DNA of 64,000 nt from Eledone cirrhosa (Eukaryota). A program made the translations under genes and the position numbers. Numbering within the stretch: the stretch's first letter is position 1; every line of letters begins with the position of its first letter. This document shows positions 13,597-27,350 of the stretch, piece after piece. The DNA lies in contig OZ024746.1 in assembly GCA_964016885.1 (NCBI GenBank), forward strand, positions 14,694,001 to 14,758,000. Direction: 5' to 3'. The notes below the pieces were generated by a model, which saw only the letters and a program-made list of their open reading frames with translations, was not told the DNA's origin and searched no databases.

Positions 13597-13657
13597 TTTC
13601 ATTCTGATGATTGAAAGCAAAATGTTTTTGCTTTTAAGAAACCACTGGTAAATGAAA
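13597..13657 (+). ncRNA. Type I hammerhead ribozyme
   Basis: TTTCATT-CTGATGA-TTGAAAGCAAAA.TGT.TTTTGCTTTTAA-GAAA-CCACTGG-TA-AATGAAA: intact core, 7-bp stem I, ~12-bp stem II, GUA triplet. Confidence 0.85.
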
Positions 13658-13882
13658 TAATTGCCTTATGTTGTTTATTACATAACTATATATGTATATA
13701 TATATATTTATATCTGTATTTTTAATCGTTGGTCAATCAATGATAAACATTGATTGCCAAATAAATTAACTATGGAGATATAAAAGATACAGAAGCGAAA
13801 ACCAATCCAAAACAAACAGTGAGTGTGTTTTATTATTATTTCTGGCAATATTATAACAATATGACCCTCCCCAAATATAACA

Positions 13883-13931
<49 letters not shown>

Positions 13932-14129
13932 TAGATAAATAAATAGATAGATAGATATGAATAAAATAACCAACATTAAATAACATTAAATTATATGTGT
14001 ATATGATTGTATGTATGTGTATATATTTATATATATATATATATATGTGTGTATGTATGAACTTATGTGTATGTGTATATATATATATGCATAATAGTAT
14101 CTATTTGTAGATCTATATATATATATATC

Positions 14130-14724
14130 TTACACCTCTCCAAGACAATGTCACTGGACCGAGATCTTTGGCGCTACACAGTTATACAGAAGACCCGCCT
14201 TGCCTAAGTACAAAGCAAAACCTACAGTCAGTAGGCACCTCTAACAAAATACACCCCCGTCCCACTACCCCCACCCCATGCACACCACCCCCTTAAATGT
14301 GAAGTTATGTTGGTACCACAACATCCAGCCCGAAACAAATGAGGTCGTGTAGGTGTCACGACAAAAAAAAACACACAGTCCACGCTGTAATGTGGCCGTG
14401 TAGGTAACACGGTAAAAACCTCCCAGTACACACTGTAAACGTGGTTGGTGTTGGGAAGGGCACCCAGCCGTAGAAAACCCGCGAGACGTGTAGGTGTCAC
14501 TACAATAAAACACACAGTCCACGCTGTAATGTGGCCATGTAGGCAACACGGTAAAAACCTCCCAGTCCACACTGTAAACGTGGTTGGTGTTAGGAAGGGC
14601 ATCCAGTCGTAGAAAACCCGCCACACAGTCCTAGCAAGACAACCAATCTTGCCTCAAGTGGGACAATTCCTATCCAGACCCATGGTAGCGTGGAAAATGG
14701 ACGTTAAACGATGATGATGATGAT
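14130..14724 (+). mobile_element. RTE 3' end/3'UTR copy with internal ~125-bp duplication
   Basis: Near reverse complement of 28098-28560; ends GGACGTTAAACGATGATGAT. Confidence 0.88.
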
Positions 14725-14750
14725 GCATAAGAGTATCTATTTGTAGATAT

Positions 14751-14908
14751 CATCATCATCATCAACGTTTAACGTCCGTGTTCCACGCTTGCATGGGTTT
14801 GGACGGGGGTAGTCCCACTTGAGGCAAGAGTGATTGTCTTGCTCGCATAGGACTGTCTGGCAGGTTTTCTACAGTTGGATGCCCTTCCTAACACCAACCA
14901 CATTTACA
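14751..14908 (-). mobile_element. RTE/SINE 3' tail copy, inverted relative to 14575-14724
   Basis: CATCATC...CCACGCTTGCATGGG...GGATGCCCTTCCTAACACCAACC. Confidence 0.88.
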
Positions 14909-15423
14909 TATATATATATGCATAAGAGTATCTATTTGTAGATATATATATGTATATGTATATATATATATGCATAAGAGTATCTATTTGTAGATCTATA
15001 TATGTATATATATATATATATATGCATGTATGTGGAGACATATGTATGGATGGTATAGGTGTATATGTATATATATATGTGTGTATGTGTGTATGATTGA
15101 GTATCAGTGCATAGGTATATATACATTGCCTAAAAATAGGATGCCATGATGTGGTCTACAGTGTCAGTTTTATTAAAACATTAATCTTACTAACTTTGAT
15201 GACAATCACTAACACATTTTTAACTCTTAGTGACAAGAACTTTATATATTTATTGTAATATCTGCTTTAGAAAACTTTTAGACAAGGATTTGTTTTAAAA
15301 ATTATATTTTTTCATTAAAAAATGTTTTCTATTATATCATTGTTGGTGTAGACGAGAGAAATTTGGTTTTAAATATAATTAGAATATACATAAAAAAGGA
15401 ATAAATTAATGTAAAATACATAC

Positions 15424-15540
15424 ATCTTTTGGGCTTGACAGATATTTCTGATGAATCTGTAATATCTGGAGTTGGCTTATCAATGCTACAGTTTGCATAT
15501 GACTCGAGGCGCTCATTTAAAGTTTCAACTTTCTCTTGTA
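15424..15540 (-). CDS. WDR37: WDR37 coding exon 3 (LQEKVETLNERLESY...VKPKR)
   Basis: TTTTTCAAG acceptor, GTATGT donor; TLNERL matches WDR37; phases 1/1. Confidence 0.92.
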
Positions 15541-15970
15541 CTTGAAAAATAGAAAAAATATCATACAAAATTTTTTGAATATTTGTAAGAAACAGCACAG
15601 AACAAACTACATAAAAAATCAGGATAATATTTATATATAAGTCATTCATTACATTATTTCAAGCTCTAGAAAATGAAAATGTTACTATAGAGAGTAATAG
15701 AATACAGAGGATTTCGTACATATTGAGAAAAGTTTGAGCTTTTATTTAAATAAAACCAGATTTTCTTCGATATCCTATTTCCCCTTCCTTCCTGGGGAAA
15801 GATCAGCAGCTTCACTAAATATAATATTCTATCCATCCATCAATCCATGAGCCCTGAATGAAGTCATAGGGGCTGTCGTGTCGTGGAGGTTCTTTTAATC
15901 TGGCAAAGTCAATCCCTCTCCTGAATTAAACACAGCTGATATCTTCCCTGGAAGAAGTGTTTGAGACTGC

Positions 15971-16074
<104 letters not shown>

Positions 16075-17396
16075 ATGACTTGATCCCATCTGATCAGAAG
16101 TGCTAATGGATCACAGTGGAGGGAAGCTGCACTAAAGAAAGACCAATGAAAACCTGGGCAAAAGAGGTGAGAGCTGATCTCAATTGCTGAACCTCACAAA
16201 GGAGATGACAAAAGAATGCAATGAGAAGAGGCAGGCTGTACAGGAGAAGGCTCATCCAACCCACACAAGCAGGAAAATATGGATGATGATAATGGTCATT
16301 GTTGGAAATTACACAACTTATGCTTCTTAAAATATATAACAAACTGTACTTCAACCCAGTTCAAGCTCATTTAATATTTTAACAAATCACAAAGTATCTC
16401 AACTTCGCTCTTAGTTTTCTTTGTCTTTAATACTCAATATAAATTCTATATTCATAGTACGATATAATGTAGCCATCATCATCATTTTATGTCTGCTTTC
16501 TATGCTGGCATGGGTTATACAGGCTGCCATGGCCTGGCATGGGTTGGACAGGTTGCTATGGCCCGAGTCAGTTCTTATTTGGAGTTATTGCCCTCCTAGA
16601 AAGAATGGGGAATTACATCACACTCATATATTCCAAATTTTGGCATAGTTTCTTCAACTGGATGAAGGCAGCCACTTTACATAATGTACTGGGTGCATTT
16701 TATCATGGCACCAGCACCAGGTCCTCGATGGGACTAAAGAATCCTCTCTAACACTCATAGTTTACCTTCAATTAGCAAACCCTTTGCATAGAGTACTGAG
16801 TGCATTTTATCATGGCACTAACACTAGAGAGGTTGTCTTGTTCACTACAAGACTAAGGGAACCTCTCTACACCATGCATTCTCAATTCTTTCAAGTCAAA
16901 TAGGACAAGGAAGATGATTATCAAAAGTTGAAAGAGAAGAGACTATGATTTGAGTATGAAAGGGGAAATAGTGTTGGTTTGGTAGGAAGAGGAGTGGTGG
17001 GTAAGGAGTTCAATAGAGTAGTTGAGTAGGAAAGCAGCATGAGTGATGTGATAAAATACCAACAGGGATGCCATGAGAGAGTGATGTGTACCATAGGGAA
17101 TAGAGAGCAGTGGATATTAGGAGAAAGGGAGATACTGGGATTGTATTGAATATAGATATTAGAAGATAGCTGATGGTAATGTCAAAAACAATAAATAAAT
17201 GGTTGTGTTTGTCCATTTTATAAGAGAAAATAGTTTGAGACTATATATAAAGTATGATAACAATTTTTTCAGTAAAAAGTAATTTTTGATTTAGCAACGT
17301 TGAGATTGTGATAAACTGTTTTATAAACTGTTTTGTTTCAATTTAAATAATCGATATAAAACTGAGAAAAACACATGAAAAAGATGAAATACTTAC

Positions 17397-17467
17397 AGGT
17401 TACATTTTCAGAATAAACTTTCTCAAATTCCCTTTCAATTTGTCCAAATAGCCGATAAAGCTTTGTT
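17397..17467 (-). CDS. WDR37: WDR37 coding exon 2 (TKLYRLFGQIEREFEKVYSENVT)
   Basis: TTTCTTTATAG acceptor and GTAAGT donor; LFGQIEREFE is the conserved WDR37 N-terminal coiled-coil motif; phases 2/1 fit the neighbours. Confidence 0.95.
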
Positions 17468-17959
17468 CTATAAAGAAAATGGTATTGTTATATATAAATT
17501 TTAAAAAATTAAGAAAAGATCCTCATGATACCAGATCATGATTTTTGTTTATTTACTAAAATTATAGTTTTAAATTGAATCTGTACTTATATATATTAGC
17601 TTTATTTCATACAGCATTAGCAAGTGTTTGTATGAAAATGTAGAAGTAGAGAACCATTTTTGTATAAATAAACATATATTTCTGCCTCATTTCTTAACCC
17701 TTACAAGAAGAAATATATGTTCAGAAGTAGAGAACTATTTTTGTTTTAAAAGTTTATTTTAAAACTTTTAAAAATACACTTTTATTACTCACAAATTTCT
17801 TAGCTCTTAAAAGAAATGTCTGTTCCATAAAATTAACTACTGAATTAAAATTAATTCATATTCATGAAAGCTATTGTTTCAAAATAAGTTTAAATTAGAA
17901 TTCACAGTTGTTAGCTAGAAAAACAACTGCAATAACTATTCATGTAAGCAACTGTACAC

Positions 17960-18220
17960 ATCATCATCATCGTTTAACGTCCATCTTCCACGCTTGCATG
18001 GGTTTGGACGGAAGTTTTCCCACTTGAGGCAAGATTGGTTGTCTTGCTCGTGTAGGACTGTCTGGCGGGTTTTCTATGGCTGGATGCCCTCCCTAACACC
18101 AACCACGTTTACAGTGTGGACTGGGAGGTTTTTACCGTGTTACCTACACGGCCACATTACAGTGTGGACTGTGTGTTTTTCTTTTTCGTGACACCTACAC
18201 GACCTCATTTATTTCGGACT
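17960..18220 (-). mobile_element. RTE 3'UTR copy
   Basis: High identity to 28098-28375 and reverse complement of 14330-14724. Confidence 0.88.
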
Positions 18221-19141
18221 CATATATATATTAATTAGTCAGAGTTTCATGCTTCACATGAAGCTCTGACTAATTAATTAGTACATAATTATATTAATTA
18301 GTCAGAGTTTCAGACATTATATAACCCTACAAGCTCTGTTGCCCTTCCTTCCTAATTTGAAGCTGAGCATTCTGAACTTTTGCCAAAAATGTCTTTACTG
18401 AACTCTCATCTTTAGACAAAATAGCTCAAGTCAGCAACTGTCAGTTGCTGTTTAAAGATTGAAACATTTTCTATTAAAGAAAACTTTCATAGAGGAGATT
18501 GCTTATTGCCATTGCCATTCATTATTTTGAAAGTATCTTCATGTTTCCAAGCAAGTTTTCCAGCCAACTGCCAGGTGGACCTTTATATTATCATAATATG
18601 ATTTGAAAATCATTCACATGCCTGTTAAAACTATCAAAGTGTAACTCATATCAATTCAATATAGTGGTCTTCACATTACATTTTGACATAGATAATGGTG
18701 AATTAATTTTTTATGATAAGCAGTTGAAGGCATCAAAAATCTATTCAACATATATACCGCTTATGTTTGCTTAACTTTTTGTTAACATATTTCTAATAAA
18801 AGACACTACCTATAATTCTCAGGTCATTACGAAAATAATTTGGAGGCATTTAGTAATGTAGCTAACTTTTTCATCATTAAGGTGGTATTTGGGGCATAAC
18901 TTAACAAAAGTTCTTACATAAAATTATGAAAGGTTTCGATATAAATATAAACATATTCAAATAAACAGCTATGTATTACAGAACCAGGTGCAATTTAGGC
19001 AGTTTGGTATGAAATGTAGAAAATATTGGTCTAGACCAACTATTTTAGAATGCATAATTTCCCAAAAATTCTTCTAAACTGGTTCTAAGGAATAATTTTA
19101 TCTTTAATAAAAACAAGCTATTTATTTATGAAACTTATGCA

Positions 19142-19650
19142 TAGAAACTGTTCAGAGACATGCAACCAAGCGAATACCCTCCATCAGGCATCTACCATAC
19201 TCTGAACACCTTGCTTCCCTGGGCATGGATACATAGAAGCTCTGACGTCTGGCAACTGACTTGGTAAACACCCATAAAATTATTAACCATCTTGCCAACA
19301 ACAACCATGAGCACCTTTTTTATTTCCATGTGTCTAACACACGTAGGCATGTCTACAAAGTCAGAAAACAGCACAGTTCCCATGACCTTCGGAAACATTT
19401 TTTCACACTCAGAGTTGCTGAAGAATGGAACAAACTACCTGCATCAGTTGTTAGCTGTTGAGACACTGCATCCTTTAAAACCTCCATGCTTCCTGAGATT
19501 TGCCAACACTACAACTGATTCCCTCCTCCATACACACGCACACATGTATTTCATGACTCGTACACTGTTCATTTTCCTGACATTCGTATATTATTCTATG
19601 TACTATACATGCACCTTTGATGAGTTGTAGTGCACCTGAACACTGTACAA
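19142..19650 (+). mobile_element. CR1/L2-type LINE 3' end
   Basis: THKIINHL...RRHVYKVRK...LRKHFFTLRVAEEWNKLPASVV is the typical CR1-group C-terminus. Confidence 0.85.
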
Positions 19651-19840
19651 GATTGGCAGTATTGGTAGAGGGTCGGACGCCATGCTTTGACGCATAGAGT
19701 TACGGCCCTTATCATTCTGAGTTTAAATCCCGCCGAGGTTAACTTTGCCTTTCATCCTTACGGGGTCGATAAAATAAAGTACCAGTAATGTACTGAGTAT
19801 TTGATGGTCTTGTGCCAAAAGTAGAAACAATTATTATTAT
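19651..19840 (+). mobile_element. tRNA-derived SINE with Meta/MESC-like core
   Basis: A/B-box head and core CCGAGGTTAACTTTGCCTTTCATCCTTACGGGGTCGATAAAATAAAGTACCAG; five copies in window. Confidence 0.85.
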
Positions 19841-20765
19841 TAATAAGTTCTTTCCACAATTTAAGACACATACAACAAACAAAGAAGACAAAAATCTTGT
19901 GTTTGATGGTAGAGATGCTGAAAACTTTCCCAGATGTTGTGACATGTGCTAAAATCAGATTTAAAGACACCTCTTGTATTCATAAGTAGCCTGAATCAAA
20001 ACTCTGAGAAACATTACATATGGACCTAGAAGATGTACAAAATGTTGGACATGCGTTGATTATAGTTGACTCCATCAATTTAGATTGAAACCTTTTTTTA
20101 TTTATAAAAAGGATATCAGAAAACGTAAATGAATATCTATTTACTCGCTTCTTTTTAGATTTGGCATTCCAATGATAGTGGTATCAAACAATAGACTACA
20201 TTCATTACAAGGGCTATTCCCTTCATCCTCTGCAATTTAATGATCTCCCCTCTCTCTCAACGATACTCCACTCATCCACTAAACCATTCTCATTTACATT
20301 CTTTCCAGCCTTCTCTGCTGCTCCATGTTCATAAATCATTGTATTTCTCACACAGGCAACATACACCTTTCCCTTCAGTTTCAGCAACATTTCCCTCCTC
20401 ATTAGCACACCACTTAATTCTCAGAACTTCCATGCACAACTCACTCTAGATACTGTCACAGGGTCTAATCCAAGGTAACAAAAGCATTTTCACATTTTTC
20501 ATCTTCACACCAAATCCTGTACTGCTCCTCCAAGAAAGAAGCCCTAGAAAGACTTGGACAACAGTGGTGAAAGCAGATCTCAAAATTCTAAACCTCACAG
20601 AGATGACAAAATAATGCAATGAGATAAGGGAAACTATGTTAGAAAAGACCCATAAAATCCATACAAACATGGAAAAAATGGAGACAAAATGATGATGATG
20701 ATGATGATAGTTAAAACTTGCATAAGCCAAAAGTGAAGAATGTTAAATTTAAATTTCACACTTAC

Positions 20766-20917
20766 CGCAATTCCGGTGGCAAAATACTATCTGAATCAAG
20801 ATCGTAACGGTTCATATTTGTCATACTATGACCTTCCCTATGTACTCCTCTGTGTCTTCGATATGCCGATTGTGCACTTTTCACTTTGCTTTGCTTTGTA
20901 CTCAGATCCATAAACAT
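20766..20917 (-). CDS. WDR37: WDR37 first coding exon (exon 20766-21011 including 5'UTR); MFMDLSTKQSKV...DSDSILPPELR
   Basis: ATG at 20917; acceptor TTGCAG ends at 21012; donor GTAAG at 20765. Ends in LPPELR, in phase with the next exon, like WDR37 'LPSSVR'. Confidence 0.85.
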
Positions 20918-21518
20918 GTTGGTGTTCAACTCACAGGAATCCTGTGGTAGACTTCTTCAGCCTAATAACTCTCTGTGTTTGAGAAATATCAAACAAGAGT
21001 ATTATTACAACCTGCAAGATAACAAGCATGACAATAATATATAATGAAAGATATGTTGTCTGTTTATATGTAGGATATATTATGAATAGAAATAAGGTCA
21101 CAAGTTTGGCAAGGTAAAAAAAAGTCACAATTTTGGTATTGTAAAATGTTACAAGAAAAAATAATGGCCTGGCAAAATTACATGTACATGAAAAATTTCA
21201 TGTTTTATTCAATATCTTAAATAAAAGAATAAAACCAAAAATACATTAAAAACAATCATTTATTGGAGTTTTCCTGTAAATTTTGGATATAAAGAAAGTA
21301 CATAATTTAAAATATAGTTTCTTTGAAAGCAACAGGAAATTAGATTTTCTAAATAAGCTTTATTATTTGAACCCTTTGATTAAATTTTTAAATGCTTTAT
21401 CTTTAATTAATAATCTTGTTTAAAAACATTTCAAGACAGCCAATAAATTTAAGTTTTTTTAACTATAGATTTGTAACATTAATAATACTTGAAAAATTAA
21501 ATGAAAATAAACAATAAT

Positions 21519-21704
21519 TGTTTCTACGTTAGGCACAAGGCCAGCAATTACCCAGTGTATTACTGGTACTTTATTTTATCGACCCCGTAAGGATGAAAGG
21601 CAAAGTTAACCTCGGCGGGATTTGAACTCAGAATGGCAAGGGCTGTAACTCTATGCGTCAAAGCATGGCATCCGACCCTCTACCGATACTGCCAATCCAC
21701 CGCC
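21519..21704 (-). mobile_element. Meta-like tRNA SINE, full length, 15-bp TSD
   Basis: Reverse complement of the 19651 copy; AAAATAAACAATAAT at 21504-21518 and 21707-21721. Confidence 0.9.
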
Positions 21705-21961
21705 TCAAAATAAACAATAATGATCAATAAAAGCTTGAGCATGATAAAATATTGAACAGAAAAGCTATTTCATAACTAGGAGTAAATATAAGGTTAGCAT
21801 TAAAAGTAATATTTGTAAAATATCAAATTGAGCATTCTAGTAAGAATAAAATATGAAATGGCTACACAAAATTATAGGTGACATTCCATCCAACATAAAA
21901 AAATTGGAAATATCTTAAGAGGATGGATTTCTTTACATAGACTCAGTACATTTCCAAAAAA

Positions 21962-22208
21962 AGAGCAAGACACTTTATTTCACATTGCTCCAGTTTACTC
22001 AGCTGTAGAAATGAGATGATAGGGACTGGAGTCCCTATCATTCCACTGCAAAGTGGTCGTGGAGGTGCCACGGCAAAAAAGCACCCAGCACTCACTGTAA
22101 ATGAGGATGGTATTAGGAAGGGCATCCAGCTGTAGAAATCAAGCCAGAATCAGTTCCCATCCCACCCTTGCAAGCAGGGAAAAGCGGACGTAAAATGATG
22201 ATGATGAT
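21962..22208 (+). mobile_element. 5'-truncated copy of the CORE-like/RTE-tail SINE
   Basis: High identity to 39330-39566. Confidence 0.88.
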
Positions 22209-23399
22209 ATATATATCATCATATCATTAATACTGCTACTCTTAATGATGACTATTCCCATGCATCCACTACACCTAAATGTCTTTTCTGTGTTACTCTA
22301 AGGCATTTTGATTGAGGAGTTTAAAACTGGCACTCCATGGGAGTTCCTCTACGCTGACGAGCTAGTCCTCTTAGCTGAATCTGGAGGAGAGTTAGAAGCA
22401 AAATTTCAAGCATGGAAAAAGAACCTAGATTTGAAAGGCCTAAAAGTAAATTAAGCAAAGACTTTATATATGTGTGTGTGTATAATTATGAAGGTTAGAA
22501 TATCTTTTTAGAGTATGTGTCTTGTAGTAATTCTTGCATTCTGCAGTTTTTATTGCACACACGACACAAGTATGTGCTTTCTTTTGCTTGAATGCATTTC
22601 ATGCCATAATTGGTGTCAATATTGAACAAACGCATGACCTCATTACACATGTGAGACGCTACTTGCATCATTGATCACAATGAGCCCACATGCTTAATAT
22701 CACAACATGATACTTCTTATGACTTAGAAGAGAGGTCAGTAAACTACTGCCCACAGATTCATTGAATATGTGACGTTGCATACAAAAATTTGTTTTCCTT
22801 ATCTATCTTTGGCCCACATAACATAACATTTCTAATCTGGCCTGCTTCAAAAAAGCTTTTCTGTCCCTTAATTAGACCAGCTTGCAAAAAACAAACATGG
22901 CCACATACATACATTACAATTATAGTGACCATTGTCTCCTTCTTTCTGGAAACTACTCTCATCGTTGCACCCCATGACATTTGGCCCTCAAATGAAACTG
23001 AAACCAAAGTTATTGCATTTCTCCAAATTGCTCTCCCAGTTTTATTTTAGGATATTGAAGACAGACATCATACTTTAACATTCATCTTCCTTGCTAGCAC
23101 AGGTCTGATGGGTCTTCACAGACAGAGTCAATACTCAAGCAGAGCTACTGTTCTCTCAGGTAGGTCGAGGACCTGCAACTCACATACATTCCCATGCTCT
23201 ACTTAATGTGTTTTATCATGGCACCAGCACAAGGAAATTTGTTGTGTCTTTGACACAGCTGAGGAGTCTTCATGACCCTATGTTTGGCAGGTTATAATAT
23301 GGCTGGATGCCCTTCTTATCACCAACTACTACATAGAGTGTTCTGGGTGCATTTATCATGTAGATCACCAACACTAGGGAAGTTGTCAGTTAGTGATGT

Positions 23400-25720
23400 A
23401 CAAATATAATCCTTAAAATATGTTAGGCTTGTGTTATGAATGCTTACATTTGCACTGCTTTCCATAAAACAATTGCTTTGATACATGTTTATCATTTTCT
23501 ATCATAAAGTGTCCATCTTCATATGTGGTAATGTATATGAGTCCCTATATTGATTATACCAGCTTTCTCCAAAACTTCAGTGTCAGGAATGCATGTTGAC
23601 CCATCATCCTCATCATAACCATTTCATGTCTATTCTTCATGTGTGCATGGGTTAGATGGGCTGTCACATTATGAAGCCAGAAAGGTCATTACTCCTGTAA
23701 TGCTTTTTGGAGGGACCTGGTTTTCTACAGCTGGATGGTCTTCTTAATGCCAACTTGTCTACAGGGTGAACTTGGTGCTTTTTATGTTACCAGCATGACC
23801 TCCTTACATGGTATACTGGATACTTTTTTTCATCTTGGTATCAACACGACCACCTAACAGGGTGGATTTGGTGCTTTTTTATCATGTCACCAACACAATC
23901 ACCTTACAGAGTGGACTTGGTGCTTTTTGTCAAAGAACCCATACAATCACCTTACAGGATGAACTGGGTGCTTTTTGTTGTGGAACCAGTACAAACACTT
24001 TACAGAGTGGACTGGTTGGTTCTTGTTGTGGCACAAGCATTACCGCCTTTCATGGAATGTTCAAAATTGCCCAGAGGGAAGGTGAAAATGTTCCAAGAGT
24101 TTCAGATATTTCCTATACTTTGTCCATATTTCACTGAGTAGACATATGAGTATGAAAGCAGTGTAACATCAATTATAGCTGACCATTTTATGCTAATCTG
24201 GGCCCAAACATGACCTCTTAAACCATTAAACACATCAGTTGTCTTTTTTAGGCATAAAAGATAGTCATCTATTAAGTAATGACAGTTCAGGATATTTCCC
24301 AGTACACAAACATGTCAACATTTTTCAATTGGCAACAACGTCTTTGGCCTATAATAATGTTTGAATGGGGCTGGTTGAAACATGAAAACAGTTTTTTCCA
24401 GCTTTACAGCTTTACAAGTAGCACAGAGTTTGTGTATTGTTGCATATCCTGCAATAAGATTACAGTTATGGACACAGAGTAAATTCCAGACCTAACTATT
24501 GGCAGTCTTGGATTTAGCAGAGAAACAATTGATATTAAACAACTCTCTTGTTGATCTGTATCTCATATAATATCTGGTCACAATCTTCAAATATAATCCA
24601 ATCCAGGGCCTTCTCACTGCTACTGGAGGAACCCTTCCCTGATTGACATCCACCACTTTCTGTATGGTTTTTTGCTTGGCCAATTGCTGCTGGTGAGGCT
24701 ATTTAGCACAGTTGGGGTAGGATGGTCATTGAGTTTGAGGAATTCATCCGCCCTTTTTACAGCTCTTGTTTTTGGTGTTGCTGGGGTTCCGCTTACCCTC
24801 CTCACCCAACCAGTGCCTGGTAGGGGAGCTGTTTAGTCGCCAACCACTCAACCATGAAGCAGGTTGCACTGGGTTCCATGGTACCAGTAGCAGACAGAAG
24901 CCAGACCTGACATGTAAACAATAAAACAATAGAAAGTAAGCAGAAAAGGAGCAATAAAGTCGTCATGCTTTATTCCATCCTCAGCTTTTATAGGTTCTGT
25001 AAGAATTCCACCAACATTTACACAGGCCCACCCATATCATCAAGGAAAGACAAAGAAAGTTTCCAAGAAAGGTTCACAAAGTTTCCCTATTAACAGTGCC
25101 AAAGGTCTTTATCAGATCTACAAACATCTGTATCCGGTCCTGTTGTTACTCTTACAAGTGTCATGCACTAAATATTGCATCCATGATTCCACAGTTGGTA
25201 TGAAAACAACATAGGGACTCTAGAAGTATATTCTTTGCAACATTATCACTTAGATGTGACCAAATTCCAAAAAGAATCTTTCCAAAATTCTGTAATTACC
25301 ACATACCTTCCATACACATTTATTCTTAAGTGACATAATCACAGTATTCTTTGGGGAGGGCACCTTTATTCCAAATGTCTCAAATTAAACCATGCATGAT
25401 TTAAACTATAAAAAAGCTACTAAACTATCCTTACCAGGCGCCTTGCTAAGATTTAAATGTCTTATAGCCTTCTATATATCTTCCAGAGAAGGGGTATTGT
25501 CCAAATCGACAATGAAAGTCAATTTTGAATCCATTATTATTCGTCTTCCCAAGACCAAACCAACCATGACACCTCCCCTGTCTGCCAACTCTAGCATCGA
25601 CAACTCCCCAAAATATGACTGCTTACTATTGGACTCCCATGAAGGACAGGTCTTAGAAATCTACAGAAAGAAAATTCCAGCGCTTCATTGCTATACAGGG
25701 TAGGAACATATGTACTGATA
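23400..25720 (-). mobile_element. Old RTE (BovB-like) LINE interrupted by SINE/3'UTR copies
   Basis: Minus strand: LDNTPSLED..KAIRHLNLSKAPGKD, CGNYR, MDAIFSA, FVDLIKTFGTVNRE; insert at ~23600-24050. Confidence 0.7.
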
Positions 25721-26771
25721 ATAGTAGCATAAGGAACACTAGTAACTTTCAGTGTTTAAGTAATAAGCTGTTCACTGATTTCATGAGGTAGATAACATCA
25801 CTTCTTAATAGAGAGGGGAAACGCCTTCTCCATTCTGTCCGCCGGGGCTGTGGGTGGGCCCCATCGCGTACCAATACATTAGTTAAATACCATTCTTTCA
25901 TCTGATACAACACAATAAAGACTAAAGCCAACACCTGTGTCTCTTATTTCACCTGCTGTTTCCGGACAACTATATATCTCGCATCTAAATAATTGAGTTA
26001 GCCATCATTTGGAAGGTGTGTTTCAGAGAGAGCAACAATATCTATGGAAAAACGATCACGGTCTTGAGCAGGTGGCAAGTTTTGTGGGCTGTCAATAAGA
26101 ATGCTTACATTCCAGAAAAAGATCATATATTTTCATTTGATTTCTCTTTAATAATTCTGTAATTTTTAACGCATAATAGGACATCTGCCAGCTGTGACTG
26201 CTCAGACACATTAGGAAAACCCTAAATACACCATTGCCTCGTTTGATGAAAAAAAGACTTTATATCTGCCAAAAGACCGTCTATCTGATAGTTGGGTGGT
26301 GGTTAGTTACATATATCTAATCTGCCGGAACTGTAGGAGTTGGGAAAAACAAAAAATTCACACACACACATATATATATATATTATATATATATATATTA
26401 TATATATTATATATATATATATTATATATATTATTTAATATATGTAGACCTGACAGTCAAGCTTGAACCGTACCGATAGCTGACCTGAAATTGAATTTCC
26501 ATTCAACCACTGAAGCTTGACCATCGAATTTACATATATTAAATATCTACATACTACTTTCTTCAAAGTCTGGAGTTCGAAGTGGAATAATGATTTTACT
26601 TGTCATTTAACTAATAACATCTTATATACCTACATTATTTATTGGTAGCAGAATCTTCCTAAATAGTTACTCGAGGTAATGATTTCAAATTCCGCTTCCA
26701 ATAAATTATTTCTCTACTTGTAGTATCGAGTACTCATTTTTCTCTCCTTTATTTACAATCACGTGTATCCC

Positions 26772-26824
<53 letters not shown>

Positions 26825-26999
26825 ATGTATATGTATGCTATGTGTGTCTGTGAAATTTGATGGCATATATAGAGGAAATTTTAAAATCTAATTACTAATG
26901 AGTGAGAAACAATAAATTTTTAAGCAAAGAAAAAGTGAAGTCGAATATATTTATAAATATAAGGTTATAGAGTAGCTCACATGCAATGTAATTAATTTA

Positions 27000-27350
27000 G
27001 AAAAAAAATACGGCCTTAATATGGTGGCCAACATTGCCGAAAATAAATACTTAAGTACTACTACGGCCATAACTCTCAGCTGAATATTGCAGACGACTAC
27101 TTACAATACAACTCATAATAACTAAGTTTATATACATTCATTGTATAACTGTGTGGTGAAAATTATCCATATAGTTTATATGACATCTCTGGAAATAAAT
27201 ACAAAAATGTTTAAAGTAAACAAACCTGATTTTTTTTTTTTTTATTTAGTTAATCGGTAACATCCTAGATTCACGTCTTCGGTTTATATTTACATGCCTC
27301 CACACTGACTAAAAAACGACACCTGGTAGCCAAGAGCAGATAATTTTACG
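27000..27350 (-). promoter_or_regulatory. Probable WDR37 promoter / non-coding first exon region
   Basis: TE-poor, locally CpG-richer segment upstream of the ATG exon; minus-strand donor candidates CAG|GTTTG at 27226/27225 and GTAAGT at 27104. Confidence 0.35.
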
